Of a DNA stretch of 64,000 nucleotides, positions 51,846 through 62,800 are shown piece after piece. The stretch comes from a virus. Taxonomy: Duplodnaviria; Heunggongvirae; Uroviricota; Caudoviricetes. Numbering within the stretch: the first letter of the stretch is position 1; each line of letters begins with the position of its first letter. A program made the position numbers and the translations under genes. The notes below the pieces were generated by a model. It was given only the letters and a program-made list of their open reading frames with translations, was not told the origin of the DNA and did no database searches. The stretch lies in IMG/VR virus record IMGVR_UViG_3300021404_000007, positions 1 through 64,000 of that record, one strand, 5' to 3'.

Positions 51846-52345
51846 CCGTCACATCGCTGGCGCTGCTGATCGGTATTGCGGCAGCCATCTTCGTCGTCGG
51901 GGTGGCCGCAGAGCAGGCGTGGATGCGCCGGCCGGGTGAGGAGAGTAAGACGCGCCCGTTGCTCACCCGGCGCCTCAACGTGGCGCTGTCGGTGTTCTTC
52001 ACCCTGGTGGCGCTGACGGTAAGCGTCGACCTGATCGTGCTGCAGAACAGGTTCAACCATTACGTGGACGTGACGCTGCCGCGTGACGCGGCGCTGGAAA
52101 AGTGCAACACGCAGACGATCACGGTGTTGGAGGCGTGGGTGCAGGACCAGATCAACCGCGACCGCAGCGTGGAGGCCCGCGACGAGGCCGAGCTGGCGGT
52201 GCTGGACCGGCTGATCGCGGCGCAGCAGCCGAACCTGGACGAGCTGGTGCGCTGGCGGGTGACGGTGGAGAACGACCGCACGGTGCGCGCCGCCAACAGT
52301 GCGACCGAGCCCAGCCTGCCGACCTGCCTGCCCGCCAAGAGCTAG
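51842..52345 (+). CDS. membrane protein (2 TM plus coiled-coil)
   Basis: GTGA overlap. Confidence 0.5.
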   Translation: MTVTSLALLIGIAAAIFVVGVAAEQAWMRRPGEESKTRPLLTRRLNVALSVFFTLVALTVSVDLIVLQNRFNHYVDVTLPRDAALEKCNTQTITVLEAWVQDQINRDRSVEARDEAELAVLDRLIAAQQPNLDELVRWRVTVENDRTVRAANSATEPSLPTCLPAKS

Positions 52346-52971
52346 TGCTGCGGACCTGGGGGTGGCCCCATAGCCTCTGTGGGCGGTGGCGGCGTTATTA
52401 CGCCCTGGTATACCTCAGCTGGTAGCGGCGGTGGCGGCGGTGGTGGACCTGGCGGTGGCCCGGTGCCGGGCGGGGGCGGCGGGGGTTCGTCCGGCGGCGG
52501 TGGCGGAGGTATGGGCTGTAGACCCTTGGGTGGCCACTGGTCCAGCGGGGTGGGTCCGGTCAGCGCGCCCGGCACCATCCAGCCATCGGGGATGACGTCC
52601 GGGTCCATCAGCCGCGGGTGGTCTGGTTCGCCGGGGAAAACGCGCCAGCAGTTCCAGACGTGCGCGATGGGCCCGAAGCCACCCCACTCGCAGTGGATGT
52701 GGCCGGTGGAGGCGAACTCGAAATCGCAGTAGCCGCCGCCCGCGCCGATCACGTTGACGCCGGTACCCACGCCGGGGCACAGGTAGAGCAGGCTCTCGTC
52801 GGCACCCAAGGAAGACCCGAGCAGCGCGCCGCTGACGACGCCACTGCCGATGCCACCGGGGATGATCGGGATGGGTGGCAGCAGCGGGTCAGCCTTGGCG
52901 TCCGGGCTGGTGAACATCAGGCAGCCCACGCACACGCCGACCAGGCCAACAATGAGCCGCCGCAGTCTCAT
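52342..52971 (-). CDS. secreted or lipo- protein with a poly-Pro C-terminal region
   Basis: Signal peptide and PPPPPPDEPPPPPP. Confidence 0.5.
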   Translation of the reverse strand: MRLRRLIVGLVGVCVGCLMFTSPDAKADPLLPPIPIIPGGIGSGVVSGALLGSSLGADESLLYLCPGVGTGVNVIGAGGGYCDFEFASTGHIHCEWGGFGPIAHVWNCWRVFPGEPDHPRLMDPDVIPDGWMVPGALTGPTPLDQWPPKGLQPIPPPPPPDEPPPPPPGTGPPPGPPPPPPPLPAEVYQGVITPPPPTEAMGPPPGPQH

Positions 52972-53195
52972 TCATCGGCCCAATACTTGCCGGGTCGTTC
53001 CTTTTCGATCTGCCGGCGAAGCCAGTCCACCTCGGCCGCGAGTCGCTCACGCTCTGTATCGGTTGGGGGCGGTGGGGCAGCGGAGCTTTTGCCGGAGAGT
53101 TTCAGCGTCATAAACGTGCTGATGATCGTCGCAAGCCCACTGCTGCCCAGCGCCCCTAAGAGCGCCGCGATGTCGGGAACCGATGGCGCAGCCAT
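52968..53195 (-). CDS. hypothetical protein
   Basis: 75-aa ORF; ATGA overlap. Confidence 0.4.
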   Translation of the reverse strand: MAAPSVPDIAALLGALGSSGLATIISTFMTLKLSGKSSAAPPPPTDTERERLAAEVDWLRRQIEKERPGKYWADE

Positions 53196-53500
53196 GAGAA
53201 CCAGGTATCACGTTTCACATTGCCTCGACTTAGTTTCTTCCACCGCGCTTCGTCGGGCGCCCACTCGAAATAGCAGCTGCGCCCGTACTGGTCGAGAAAC
53301 AAGACACCCAGCGCCATGAATATGCAGCCCATCGCGATATAGAACCAATTGCGCCAATCCCCCCAATACATCTCATTCCAGAACTCCCTGATGATGTGCG
53401 TCCTGCCGAACATGTAGCCGCTCCACCACAGGCAGAACAGCGCCGACCACCGGCCGCGTTTGATCGGCGCCCCGGCAAACCATTCCTGGCGCTGCATCAT
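53156..53500 (-). CDS. membrane protein (Trp-rich, 2 TM)
   Basis: ATGA overlap with the upstream gene. Confidence 0.45.
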   Translation of the reverse strand: MMQRQEWFAGAPIKRGRWSALFCLWWSGYMFGRTHIIREFWNEMYWGDWRNWFYIAMGCIFMALGVLFLDQYGRSCYFEWAPDEARWKKLSRGNVKRDTWFSWLRHRFPTSRRS

Positions 53501-53904
53501 CGCCGTCGTCCGATCACGCCGTCCTTGTCGAGGTCCACGCCGGTCACGTCCTCGGCGGTGGCCGTGTTCGATGTCAGCCACACCGCGATGGGCGTGATGA
53601 AGGCGATGGACACGGTGATGATGTGCGCCACGTTCTCCGGCCAGAAGTCCTGGCCGAGCAGGGTGTTGAGAATAATGAGCGCACCGCCGGCAATCGCGGT
53701 GACGGCCTTCCAGGAGGTGGCGATCACCAGCTGCCACTTCGAGGGTGGCTTCTCGTCCTCGTCCTCCTTGGGTACGGGCACCGGTGCTGGAGCCGGTGCC
53801 CGTCCACCGGGCGGACGGTAGCCCGGTTGGTCCTCCGGCCGGTCCGACTCATACGGCCCCGGCTGGTAGCTGGGCGGCGGGATGCCGCGTATCGGGGAAC
53901 CCAT
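53497..53904 (-). CDS. holin-like protein (Pro-rich N-terminus plus 2 C-terminal TM), immediately downstream of lysin A
   Basis: TGATG overlap with lysA. Confidence 0.45.
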   Translation of the reverse strand: MGSPIRGIPPPSYQPGPYESDRPEDQPGYRPPGGRAPAPAPVPVPKEDEDEKPPSKWQLVIATSWKAVTAIAGGALIILNTLLGQDFWPENVAHIITVSIAFITPIAVWLTSNTATAEDVTGVDLDKDGVIGRRR

Positions 53905-55358
53905 CAGCGTGGCGGGGTTCGGGGGAACTTGGAGGTGATGCTCTGAGTCGGCTTGTACTGCTCCGGGATCAGCGAGTAGACGTGCGCGGCCCACTCGTTA
54001 CCGGCGTCGACCTGCTGCTGGATCAGGGCAATGGCGCTCTGGTCGCCGATCATGGCGCGGTGCTCGATGAACATGGTGTGCACCATGCCGTCGTCGTTCC
54101 ACCACAGGTCGGCGGCAGCCCAGATCGCGCCCTCGCTGGGCGGCTTGTACTCGGACAGCGACACCCGCTTGCCGTAGATCGCGTCCCACACCGCGAGCAG
54201 CTTGTCGTGCTCCTCCTGGGTGAGTCCCGGCCCGGCCGGACCTGGCTCGGGTGGTACCGGCGTCGGGGTGGGCGGGGTCGGGGTGGGCACACCGGAGGGT
54301 GCCATCGCGCACAGGTAGCCCTTGGGCGGGATCAGGGTGGCCACCTGATCGAAGCTGCACCAGTACTCAAACGGGTTGAACCCGGAGTCGGCGATCCAGC
54401 AGGCCCGCTGGCTGGGGTTGTCGTCGTAGCCCATGCAGGACACGTAGTGGTAGACCACGCCGCCGCCGTAGCTCGGGCTGGTCGAGCCCTTGATGCCGCG
54501 TGGGTAGTTGGCCGGTGGCGCGACCCAGTTCATCACCAGCCCGTAGCCGCCGTTGATGCTGTTGGTCAGGTCGGCCCACAGCTTGTCCTTCTGCTGCTGG
54601 GTGGGCGGGTCCTGTTGTAGCCAGGTGGTCGCGTACTGCCCGTCCGGCAGGTACTTCTTCATCACCGGGGTGATCTGGTCGATGCTGTCGGTGCCGCCCT
54701 CGTGCGTGCCGATCTGATTCACCAGGTCCATCTCGGACACGATGATGCCGTGGCCGTTGAGGACGATCTGCGCGGCTGCCGGGCCGCAGTCCCAGTACGT
54801 CTCCTGCGGCACCACGCTGCTGTCGTACGGCAATACCACTTCACCCACGAGTTCCCCTCCTCCTTCACCATCAGGCGGGGCACCGCCGTCGCCGCAGTTG
54901 CCCGGCTCGGCCGGGCACGGCGCGTCCTTCAGCCTGGCGTAGTAGTCCTGGGCCTCCGGGTACCGCTCGTCGTAGCGCGCCGGGTAGGCGCTGCGCTGCA
55001 CCATGTCGGCCCAGCCGCCGGGGGTGGTCGCGTCGGTGTTGTAGTCCTGGTCGCCGATGCGCTGGTTGACCAGGCTGTCGTAGAACAGGCCGGCACTCTG
55101 CGCCGGGTCCATGCGTTGCGCGCAGGTGCCCCACCATTCGGCGCGCTGCTGGAAGACGCCCACGCTGTTGTAGTCGCTGCCCATGGCGTCGTATGGAAAG
55201 GTCAGGCTCTCCGGGTCGCCCTGGTTGGCGTACATCGTCAGGTTGGACTCCACCAGGCCAGTCGCTATGGCGATCTGGATGCCCTTCTGAGTGATGCCGC
55301 GGCGCTTACCCTCATGGATGATCGCAATGGCGATCCCGTCCTTGGTGTAATACGCCAC
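53904..55358 (-). CDS. lysA: lysin A (endolysin): N-terminal glycosidase-like, central C39-like Cys peptidase (YWDCGPAAAQIVL), C-terminal wall-binding region
   Basis: Multi-domain architecture typical of mycobacteriophage LysA; GTG start. Confidence 0.65.
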   Translation of the reverse strand: MAYYTKDGIAIAIIHEGKRRGITQKGIQIAIATGLVESNLTMYANQGDPESLTFPYDAMGSDYNSVGVFQQRAEWWGTCAQRMDPAQSAGLFYDSLVNQRIGDQDYNTDATTPGGWADMVQRSAYPARYDERYPEAQDYYARLKDAPCPAEPGNCGDGGAPPDGEGGGELVGEVVLPYDSSVVPQETYWDCGPAAAQIVLNGHGIIVSEMDLVNQIGTHEGGTDSIDQITPVMKKYLPDGQYATTWLQQDPPTQQQKDKLWADLTNSINGGYGLVMNWVAPPANYPRGIKGSTSPSYGGGVVYHYVSCMGYDDNPSQRACWIADSGFNPFEYWCSFDQVATLIPPKGYLCAMAPSGVPTPTPPTPTPVPPEPGPAGPGLTQEEHDKLLAVWDAIYGKRVSLSEYKPPSEGAIWAAADLWWNDDGMVHTMFIEHRAMIGDQSAIALIQQQVDAGNEWAAHVYSLIPEQYKPTQSITSKFPRTPPR

Positions 55359-55416
55359 GCTCGGATGGTCGCACGCTTATGCGACAGCGCAATGAATATT
55401 GCCGGTGTGTCGGGCC

Positions 55417-55620
55417 TCAACCACCTGTGAGGCGCGCCAGGATGGCCTGTTGCATCTGCGGCTGCATATGCTGCGCCATCATCGCGGCCACCGCACCGGC
55501 CAGCCGTTCGACCTTGCCGGTCTGCTCGGCGTGCAGCCACGCCATCAGGGCGAGGTCGTTCTCCAACTTGGTGATGCGGGCGTCGGTGGCCGATCCGTTG
55601 CGGGTCTGTGTTGCGGTCAT
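55417..55620 (-). CDS. hypothetical protein
   Basis: 67-aa ORF. Confidence 0.4.
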   Translation of the reverse strand: MTATQTRNGSATDARITKLENDLALMAWLHAEQTGKVERLAGAVAAMMAQHMQPQMQQAILARLTGG

Positions 55621-55811
55621 GGTTTGTCTGTCCAGCTTCCTACCTCGTCGTAGCTGGCGTAATGGCCACCGCGATCAATGGTCATCACGCCCCAGTCGTG
55701 GTTGCCGTTGGGGTCGGGGATGTTGGTGCGCACCGCGACCGCCTGGGAATCGGGGTCCTGCTTGACCGCGCCGGGCTGGTATTCAGGCGGCGTGGGGGTG
55801 GGGTTAGTCAT
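55617..55811 (-). CDS. hypothetical protein
   Basis: ATGA overlap. Confidence 0.4.
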   Translation of the reverse strand: MTNPTPTPPEYQPGAVKQDPDSQAVAVRTNIPDPNGNHDWGVMTIDRGGHYASYDEVGSWTDKP

Positions 55812-56184
55812 GTAACACCGGATCCGGGTTGAGGGGTTTGACTTCTTCTTCGGTGATGTCGTGCAGCGCGATGGTGCCGGGCTCGACCAGCACCAGCGGG
55901 TGCGCCAGCTTCTGTGCCGTGACGAAGTTGGGCCGATGGGCGTTGTGGCAGTAGATGATCCACGCCCACTCTCCGGCGGGCACGTCGATGACGGCGCGGC
56001 CACGCAGCTGCCCGGCCTGGTTCAACTCCCAGGTGATCGAGCCGCGCGCATAGTCGGTGGTGAAGATGGGCTCCTCGCCGTTGGACTTGATCGCGCCCGC
56101 GTAGGTGGGCCACACCACCGCCGAGAGGATGCCGTCGCCGAGCCCCGGCAGCACCGTGTCTGTTGGGAAAGGAAAATCCGTCAC
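55804..56184 (-). CDS. hypothetical protein
   Basis: GTGA overlap. Confidence 0.5.
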   Translation of the reverse strand: MTDFPFPTDTVLPGLGDGILSAVVWPTYAGAIKSNGEEPIFTTDYARGSITWELNQAGQLRGRAVIDVPAGEWAWIIYCHNAHRPNFVTAQKLAHPLVLVEPGTIALHDITEEEVKPLNPDPVLHD

Positions 56185-56390
56185 CGTTTCCCACCCAGCA
56201 CGTTCTTCATGATGTCGTTGATGATCTTGTCGTCGAACTTGCCGGGGATGATGCCGCCGACGGTGGTGGCGATGGCCTTCACCACCGCCTCGATCAGCAC
56301 CGGCATCTGTTTCTCAATGGCATCGGACACCGCCTTGGTGACGGCGGGGGCCAGCGCGGCGACCAGCTTGTCGATCAGCTTCTGCAACAT
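56181..56390 (-). CDS. hypothetical protein
   Basis: 69-aa ORF. Confidence 0.45.
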   Translation of the reverse strand: MLQKLIDKLVAALAPAVTKAVSDAIEKQMPVLIEAVVKAIATTVGGIIPGKFDDKIINDIMKNVLGGKR

Positions 56391-56749
56391 CAGGTCTGAG
56401 TGTAGGTCGGCGTGACAACCAGCTGGCCCTGCGCCGACATGACCACGCTGGTGATGCTGGCCTTGTCAATCATGGTGTTACCCGTGGCGGCACTGGCCAG
56501 CAGGATGAAGGTGTAGGTCGCTGCGGCCACGTTGATGGTGACCGCAGACCCGTTCGACACCCCACCGGAGCCAGCCGTCCAGGTGGTCTGCTGGCGGGCG
56601 TAGGTGGGGCTGCCGCCGGAGGCTTCGTTGGCCGGGGTGCTGGTGGTACCGGGGTCGCCGGTGCACACCCCGATCCAGGTTCCCAGCGCCGCGTAGGCAT
56701 TAGCGAGCGACTGTCTGGTAGTGGCAACTGCGATGGCCATAGCGGTCAT
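56390..56749 (-). CDS. hypothetical (tail-associated?) protein
   Basis: 119-aa ORF. Confidence 0.45.
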   Translation of the reverse strand: MTAMAIAVATTRQSLANAYAALGTWIGVCTGDPGTTSTPANEASGGSPTYARQQTTWTAGSGGVSNGSAVTINVAAATYTFILLASAATGNTMIDKASITSVVMSAQGQLVVTPTYTQT

Positions 56750-56794
56750 CCTCTCATTCGGTTACTGATTACCTGCGGATTTGCAGTCCATGTT

Positions 56795-57832
56795 TTAGGT
56801 CCATTCGACGCGGGTGAACCCGAGGCCGCCGACGCCGCGGGTGCCGTTGGTGGAGCCCACACCACCGCCACCTCCACCGCCACCGGGCGTGCCTCCGGTG
56901 CCGCCGTTGCCGCCGGTCGTCGCGCTTCCGCCGCCACCGCCGCCGCCGGAACCGGCGTTGGGTGCGACCGCGTTCACGGGGGAGCCACCCGTACCGCCGT
57001 TGACGGCCCCGGCCCCACCGCCCGCGACGGTGGTGGAGCTACCGCCCGCCGAGCCGGGAGTCGGGGTGCTCGGACCGTTACCACCGGCCCCACCGCCGCC
57101 CGGAATGTTGTTGGCGGCGGCGGCAGCGTTGGAGGGCGGGCTGGTGGTGGTGGAAGCGTTGGCTCCCGGGCTGCCGTTTCTCAGGACAGGGGTGAAACCC
57201 GAGGCGCCGGTAGCCGATGCCACGCCGCCAGCGCCGCCAATCGCCCCGGTGCTCACACCGTTGTTCCCCGCACCACCGACGCGGGCCTGAAGGAGGATGC
57301 CCACGGCGTTGGATTGGAACGCCACGGCACCGGCCACGCCGCCGCCGCTGACCGTGTAGGCGGGTCCGAGCGACGCGACGGGGATGAACACCCGGTCCAT
57401 CCGGCCACCACCGCCACCGCCCGCGCCCGCGAACGTACTGCTGGCACCGCCGCCGTTACCGCCGCCGCCGATGAGGGTGACCCAGCAGCCCTGAGTGCCC
57501 ACCGGCACCGGCTGGTTGCTGCGGGCGATGTTGTCCTCGGTGAACGGGGTGAACACAATGGTCGCGGTGGCCGTCAGCGACCCGCTACCGTCCAAGGGGG
57601 CCGGGACAGTGGAGTAGACCGGCATGACGGGGGCGTTCAGCACACCCGTACCCGAGAGGGCCGGGGCAGCCGACTGGCTGGGGACGACGTGGGCAGTGAG
57701 CGCGCCGGACCCGGCCAGCGCACCCAGCGCCGCGAAGCGTTCCAGGATCACTGCCGCAAGTGACCCGTTACCCGCCAGGGCTGGCTGGGCAGAGGCTCCG
57801 ATGAAGGCGTTGGCCGAGAGGGTGCCGCCCAT
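56795..57832 (-). CDS. glycine-rich minor tail protein (CWVTLIGGGG motif)
   Basis: Poly-Gly blocks; paralogue of the next gene; C-terminal ...FTRVEWT. Confidence 0.6.
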   Translation of the reverse strand: MGGTLSANAFIGASAQPALAGNGSLAAVILERFAALGALAGSGALTAHVVPSQSAAPALSGTGVLNAPVMPVYSTVPAPLDGSGSLTATATIVFTPFTEDNIARSNQPVPVGTQGCWVTLIGGGGNGGGASSTFAGAGGGGGGRMDRVFIPVASLGPAYTVSGGGVAGAVAFQSNAVGILLQARVGGAGNNGVSTGAIGGAGGVASATGASGFTPVLRNGSPGANASTTTSPPSNAAAAANNIPGGGGAGGNGPSTPTPGSAGGSSTTVAGGGAGAVNGGTGGSPVNAVAPNAGSGGGGGGGSATTGGNGGTGGTPGGGGGGGGVGSTNGTRGVGGLGFTRVEWT

Positions 57833-57833
57833 C

Positions 57834-59594
57834 TCACACCCACTCGATCAGGGTGTAGCCGGGTCCACCGGGTCCACCGGGTCCGGCGGTCGTTCCGGCT
57901 CCACCGCCGCCGCCACCGGCGCCCCACTGACCGCCGGTACCGCCCGTCCCGCCAGTGCCGTTCACCCCCGAGCCGCCACCGGCACCCGAACCACCTACTC
58001 CGGCACCGGCATTCGTCGCGCTGCCGCCGCCAGCGGCGCCGGGCGAACCACCCGCGCCCTGACCGCCGGCGCCGCTGGCTGGCGTCGTACCGACGTTGGC
58101 GACACCGCCGCCTCCACCGCCGCCCGCGCAGCCACTCCCGTTCGCTGCGCCCGCACTGGCCCCGCCGCCGGTGCTGGTTCCAGGGCTGCCGGTGCCGCCC
58201 GCCGTGCCGTTGGCGACGGGCACCCCGGTAATCCCGCTTGTGGTCGCGGTGCCACCGGCACCGCCGCTGCCGCCGCCGCCCAGACCGGCGTTACCTCCGG
58301 TAGCGCCACCGCCTGCGGTGAGGACGACGCTGCCGGAGGAGAACGACGATGCGGTACCGGCAACGGCCGAGCCACCCGGCGCACCGACCGCCACCGAATA
58401 CGTGCTGCCCAGGCTGGCCACCGGGACGAAGAACCGCTGGACCATGGCCGCGCCGCCGCCGCCGCCTCCGCCGCCGCGGTTCGTGCCCGCCTGCGAGGCG
58501 ATACCGGGACTGCCGCCGCCGCCGCCGCCGATCAGCGTCACCCAGCAGCCGGTGGCACCGGCCGGTCGTGCCCGGTTGGTCCACGGCTGGTTGGTCTCGT
58601 TGAACAGGCCGCGCACGGCGGCGCTCAGGGTGCCCACACTGGACAGCGCGGCAGGACGCGAGAGGGTCCGGACAGCGGTGGCGGTCAAGGTGCCGCCACC
58701 GGCCAGCGCGGGCGCTGCGCGGAAGAGTGGCAACACCAATGCCGACAGCACGCCCGCACCGGCCAGCGGTGGGGCGACGGTGTAGAGCTGCATGACGGTG
58801 ACGGCCACGGTGCCCTCGCCGCCGGTCGCGCCCGGCTGCGGGTAGATCTGCGAGAGCAGGGTGATCAGCGCGCCGTTGCCGGAGTAGCCGGCTGCCTGCA
58901 GATAGGCGCCGACCGCCTGCGCGCCCAGCGCACCGGAGCCGTAGAGGTTGGCCAGGATGGAGAACAGCTGGTTGGCCTGTGCCGCCAGCGCACCGTTGCC
59001 GGTGAGCGCGACCACGGCCTGATAGATCGGCACCACCACCCCGGCCGACAACGTGCCGCTGCTCAGCAGGTGCGCGGCCACCGGGGTGAGTACCGACAGG
59101 ATGGTGCCGACCAGCTGGCCGTTGCTGCTGAAGGCGGCGAGCTGGGTGTAGATCTGATACCACCACGCGCTCAGGCCGTCGCCCTGCGAGAACCCACCCT
59201 CGACAGCGGCGAACAGTGATCCCTGGCCGGAGAAGTCGGGCATGATCGCGGCCGGAATGGAGGCCCCGGCTTCCAGCGTGCCGCCGCCGGACCGGGCCAG
59301 CGCCAGCGCGTAGATCTGCAGGAACTGCGCGGCCAGCGCACCGTTGCCGGTGAGTGCGGCAGCCAGCGGGACGATGGGCGAGATGCCCGGTGCGGTGAGC
59401 GCGCCGCGCCCGGAGAACTGCGGGAACAGAGTCAGCTGCACCTGCATCACCTGGGCCACCAGCGAGCCGCTGCCGGTGAACAGCGCGTAGGTGCCGCGCG
59501 TCCAGCCCTGCACCGGGACGGTACGGGTGACAGGGCTGGTCGCCCACCCCTGCTGATTCTGGGCGGCCGACGCGGGGGTGGTGACCCAGGCCAA
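57834..59594 (-). CDS. glycine-rich minor tail protein (paralogue)
   Basis: CWVTLIGGGGGGS plus poly-Gly; C-terminal YTLIEWV. Confidence 0.6.
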   Translation of the reverse strand: MAWVTTPASAAQNQQGWATSPVTRTVPVQGWTRGTYALFTGSGSLVAQVMQVQLTLFPQFSGRGALTAPGISPIVPLAAALTGNGALAAQFLQIYALALARSGGGTLEAGASIPAAIMPDFSGQGSLFAAVEGGFSQGDGLSAWWYQIYTQLAAFSSNGQLVGTILSVLTPVAAHLLSSGTLSAGVVVPIYQAVVALTGNGALAAQANQLFSILANLYGSGALGAQAVGAYLQAAGYSGNGALITLLSQIYPQPGATGGEGTVAVTVMQLYTVAPPLAGAGVLSALVLPLFRAAPALAGGGTLTATAVRTLSRPAALSSVGTLSAAVRGLFNETNQPWTNRARPAGATGCWVTLIGGGGGGSPGIASQAGTNRGGGGGGGGAAMVQRFFVPVASLGSTYSVAVGAPGGSAVAGTASSFSSGSVVLTAGGGATGGNAGLGGGGSGGAGGTATTSGITGVPVANGTAGGTGSPGTSTGGGASAGAANGSGCAGGGGGGGVANVGTTPASGAGGQGAGGSPGAAGGGSATNAGAGVGGSGAGGGSGVNGTGGTGGTGGQWGAGGGGGGAGTTAGPGGPGGPGYTLIEWV

Positions 59595-59599
59595 GAGGG

Positions 59600-59887
59600 T
59601 TACCCGATCTCAGGCCAGTCGAGGGTGGGGGAGAGGTCGTTGTGCTGCGCGCCGTTGGGGTGGGTGACGCGCCAGATCAGGATGCCCTCCTCCTCCACCC
59701 GGTGCGCCACCATGCCGGTGGCCTCGTCGCGCCGGATGGTGCCCGGTGGGTCACCGGCCTGCGTGGCGTTCCACGCGGTCAGCACCTTCTGGATTTGCGC
59801 CGGGGTGAGTTCGTCGCCCACCTGCTCGGAGATGGCGGCCACCATGCTCGAGGTCTGGTTGGGGTCGTTCAGGTCGATGGTTGCCAC
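59600..59887 (-). CDS. hypothetical protein
   Basis: 95-aa ORF. Confidence 0.45.
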   Translation of the reverse strand: MATIDLNDPNQTSSMVAAISEQVGDELTPAQIQKVLTAWNATQAGDPPGTIRRDEATGMVAHRVEEEGILIWRVTHPNGAQHNDLSPTLDWPEIG

Positions 59888-59895
59888 CGTTCCTC

Positions 59896-62800
59896 CTAGT
59901 TGTAGCTCAGGTTCATCAAGGCGACCTCGAAGTAGCAGGAGGTCCCGGTGGCGTCGCCGGTCAGGCAGTTGCTCATTGCCGTGCTGGCCACCGTGCCCGG
60001 TGTCAGGGTGTCACCCGCCAGGCAGTAGACCAGCGCCAGGCCCTCCGCGCCGTTCGCCGAGTTAGCGGAGAACGAGCCGTCTGCGAAGGCGCCCCCCATC
60101 TGCCTGATGACTTGGCCGTTCTTGCTCAGGCTCGGATTCATCTTGGCGCCGCCGGGGATGTTGTTGACGTTGTAGCGCACGTTGACCAGGTAGGTGCCCT
60201 CGATGCCGATGGTCAGTGTGGCGTTGGCCGGGTTGAACGACATGTCGCCAGAGCAGAAGTCCTGGGTGTCGAAGAAGTTGGTGGCCAGCGTGGCGCTGCC
60301 GGTGGGTACGTTGACGGTGCCGCCGGTGCGGTAGGCGCGGAACGAGGAGCCCTTGACGGTGGGCGGCACGTTGTCGGCTGCGCTGACCGCCGAGCCGTCG
60401 CCGGGTGCCGCGTTGCCGCCGCCCACCACGTCGCCCATGAACCCCCACTTGCGGAACCCGGCGCCGAACTGGCTGGTGGTTCCGGTTTCGGTGTAGTCGA
60501 TGACCGGGGTGGTACCGGACAGCACCTGGTAGCGGCGCGGGTTGCCGCCCACCCCCGCCAGTAGCCAGATGGTGGTGTTGACCGGCATCGCGGTGGCGGC
60601 TTTGAAGATGGTGCGGGCGCCCGCCACCACACAGCCCAGCTCGGCGAAGTAGCCGAGGATGCCGTTGGTGGTGAACTTGGCGTACACGTAGTTCTGCGGG
60701 TTGGACAGGCTGCTGGCGCGGGCGACGAGATAGTTGGCGCCGGACTGGCCACCGGAGAAGCCGGGGCCGGAGGACACGGTGGCGCCGAGGCGCTGGTAGT
60801 CGCTGTCGGTGTCTTCGGTGTTGAAGATGAAGATGCCGGTCCGGTTGCCGTTGCCGGGGGTGGTCCAGTGCGCCACCCCGTTGTTGATGCCGCAGGTGGC
60901 CGTCCCGGTGCCGGAGTAGGTGGTGGTGAACACCGAGGGCAGCGTGCCGGAGTTGGGTAGGCCGTTGAAGTTGACCGCATCGAACGTGCCGGAGTTGTTG
61001 TTGCCGGTGGTGTTCTGCATCAAGCCCTGGATGGCTTGGCCGTTCTGCACCACCGAGTTGAAGATGCCGAACATGGCGCTGTTGGCGATGGCCTGGGTGA
61101 ACCCGCTGCCGTTGACGGTGGTGCCGCCGAAGTTGTTGGTAATGCCGTCGATGACCGAGCCCAGGTCCGGGATGTTGAGGTGGGTGAGCTGGCTGGTCGG
61201 GATCTGCAGGATGTTCAGCGCGCCGGTAATGATCTTGCTGGCGTCCAGGCCGGGTATGGAGATGGCGGGCAGCAGCGGGATGTTGACGATGTTGCCGAGC
61301 TGGCTGGCGTCGAACAAACCACCGGACCCGATGTTGCCCAGCCGGGTGGTGATCGGCGCCAGCGCCGCACTGATGGACGAGAAGCTGCCCAGGCCCAGGT
61401 TGTTGACCAGGCTGATGAGGTCGGTCTGCAGCGCCCGCGCCAGCACGGCGGTGTTGAGGTTGGACAGGGAGCCCACCAGCCCCGACGTGAACCCCTGATC
61501 GAACAGGTTGGTCTTGGTGATGCTGCCGTCATCCCAGTGCAGGGTTCCGGCGGTGGCCGCCGGTAGCACGGTGAGCTGCAGGCGCACGCTGTCCACGTTG
61601 TTGGGGACGGTGTAGCTGCCGGAGAGCTGAATCCAGCCGGAGCTGGCGGCCGGGCTGGAAATGATCTGCAGGTCGGTGGTGGACACCAGAGCACCGGCCA
61701 GGTAGGCGATGACGGACAGCTTGTAGCAGGCGCCGGTGCCGCTGGCGCCGCTCCACTCGACCCAGTGCGAGCAGGCCAGCACATGTGTGTTGGCCACCGG
61801 GGTCGGCGGGTCGGAGAGTAGCTGTCTCAAGGTGCCGTTGGCGATCACCTTGACCGAGCCGGTGCCGTCGGCGGTGTGCGTAACGGTGCTGTCCCACGTC
61901 CATGCCCCGGTCACGTCGTTCACGCTGGCGGCGGTGGCGTAGGTCGGGTTCGCCAGCATGTTGGGCGCGATGTTGCCCACGGACCCCACCGGGATCAGCG
62001 GCAGCAGCCACTGCTGGAACTGGCCGCTGACGATCTTGGTGGCGTCCAGACCGGGAATCTGCAGCGTGTTGAACAGACCAGTCACGATCTTGCTGGCGTC
62101 CAGGCCCGGTATCTGCAGGGCGTTGAGGACGCCGGTGACGATCTTGCTGGCGTCCAGGTTGGGAATCTGCGGGACGGTGAAAACGCCCGAGATGATTTTG
62201 GTGGCATCCAAGCCGGGGATTTGCAGGGCGTTGAACAGGCCGCTGACGATCTTCGATGCGTCCAGGTTGGGAATCTGGCCCGTCCCGAAGATGCCGGTGA
62301 TGATCTTGCTGGCGTCCAGGCCGGGCACGTTGCCGGGGAACAGCAGGCTGGTCAACGGGTTCAGTGGGGCCAGCAGGTTGGTCGGGTTGATCATGCTGGT
62401 GATGAAGTTCTCCACCGCCGTGACCTCGTTGAACAGGTCGGTGGCGAAGTCCGCCGGGTTGCCCAGCATCGCGGTCAGGTTGGTGAAGAACTGGTCCACG
62501 TCGTCGGCGGTGCCACTGCCCGGCGGGAAGCCCAGCGCCGCGAGGATGGCGTCGATGACATCCTGCGCGCCGCCGACGATGCCGGAGATGACATCCATCG
62601 CCAGGTTCTCGATCGGGATGAAACCCGTGACCCCGGCCGAGCCGGTGGCATCGCTGATCAGCATGGCGATCAGGTTGGTGGGCTTGATCATCGTGGTGAT
62701 GAGGTTGATGATCGCTTCCCCGGCATCGAACAGATCGGTGGCGATGTTGGCCGGGTTGCCCAGCATGTCCAGCAGGTCCGTGAACAGCTTGTTGACATCC

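Noticed and set aside
52342-52971. Calling this secreted Pro-rich protein lysin B
   Set aside because: It lacks the GxSxG serine-esterase motif.
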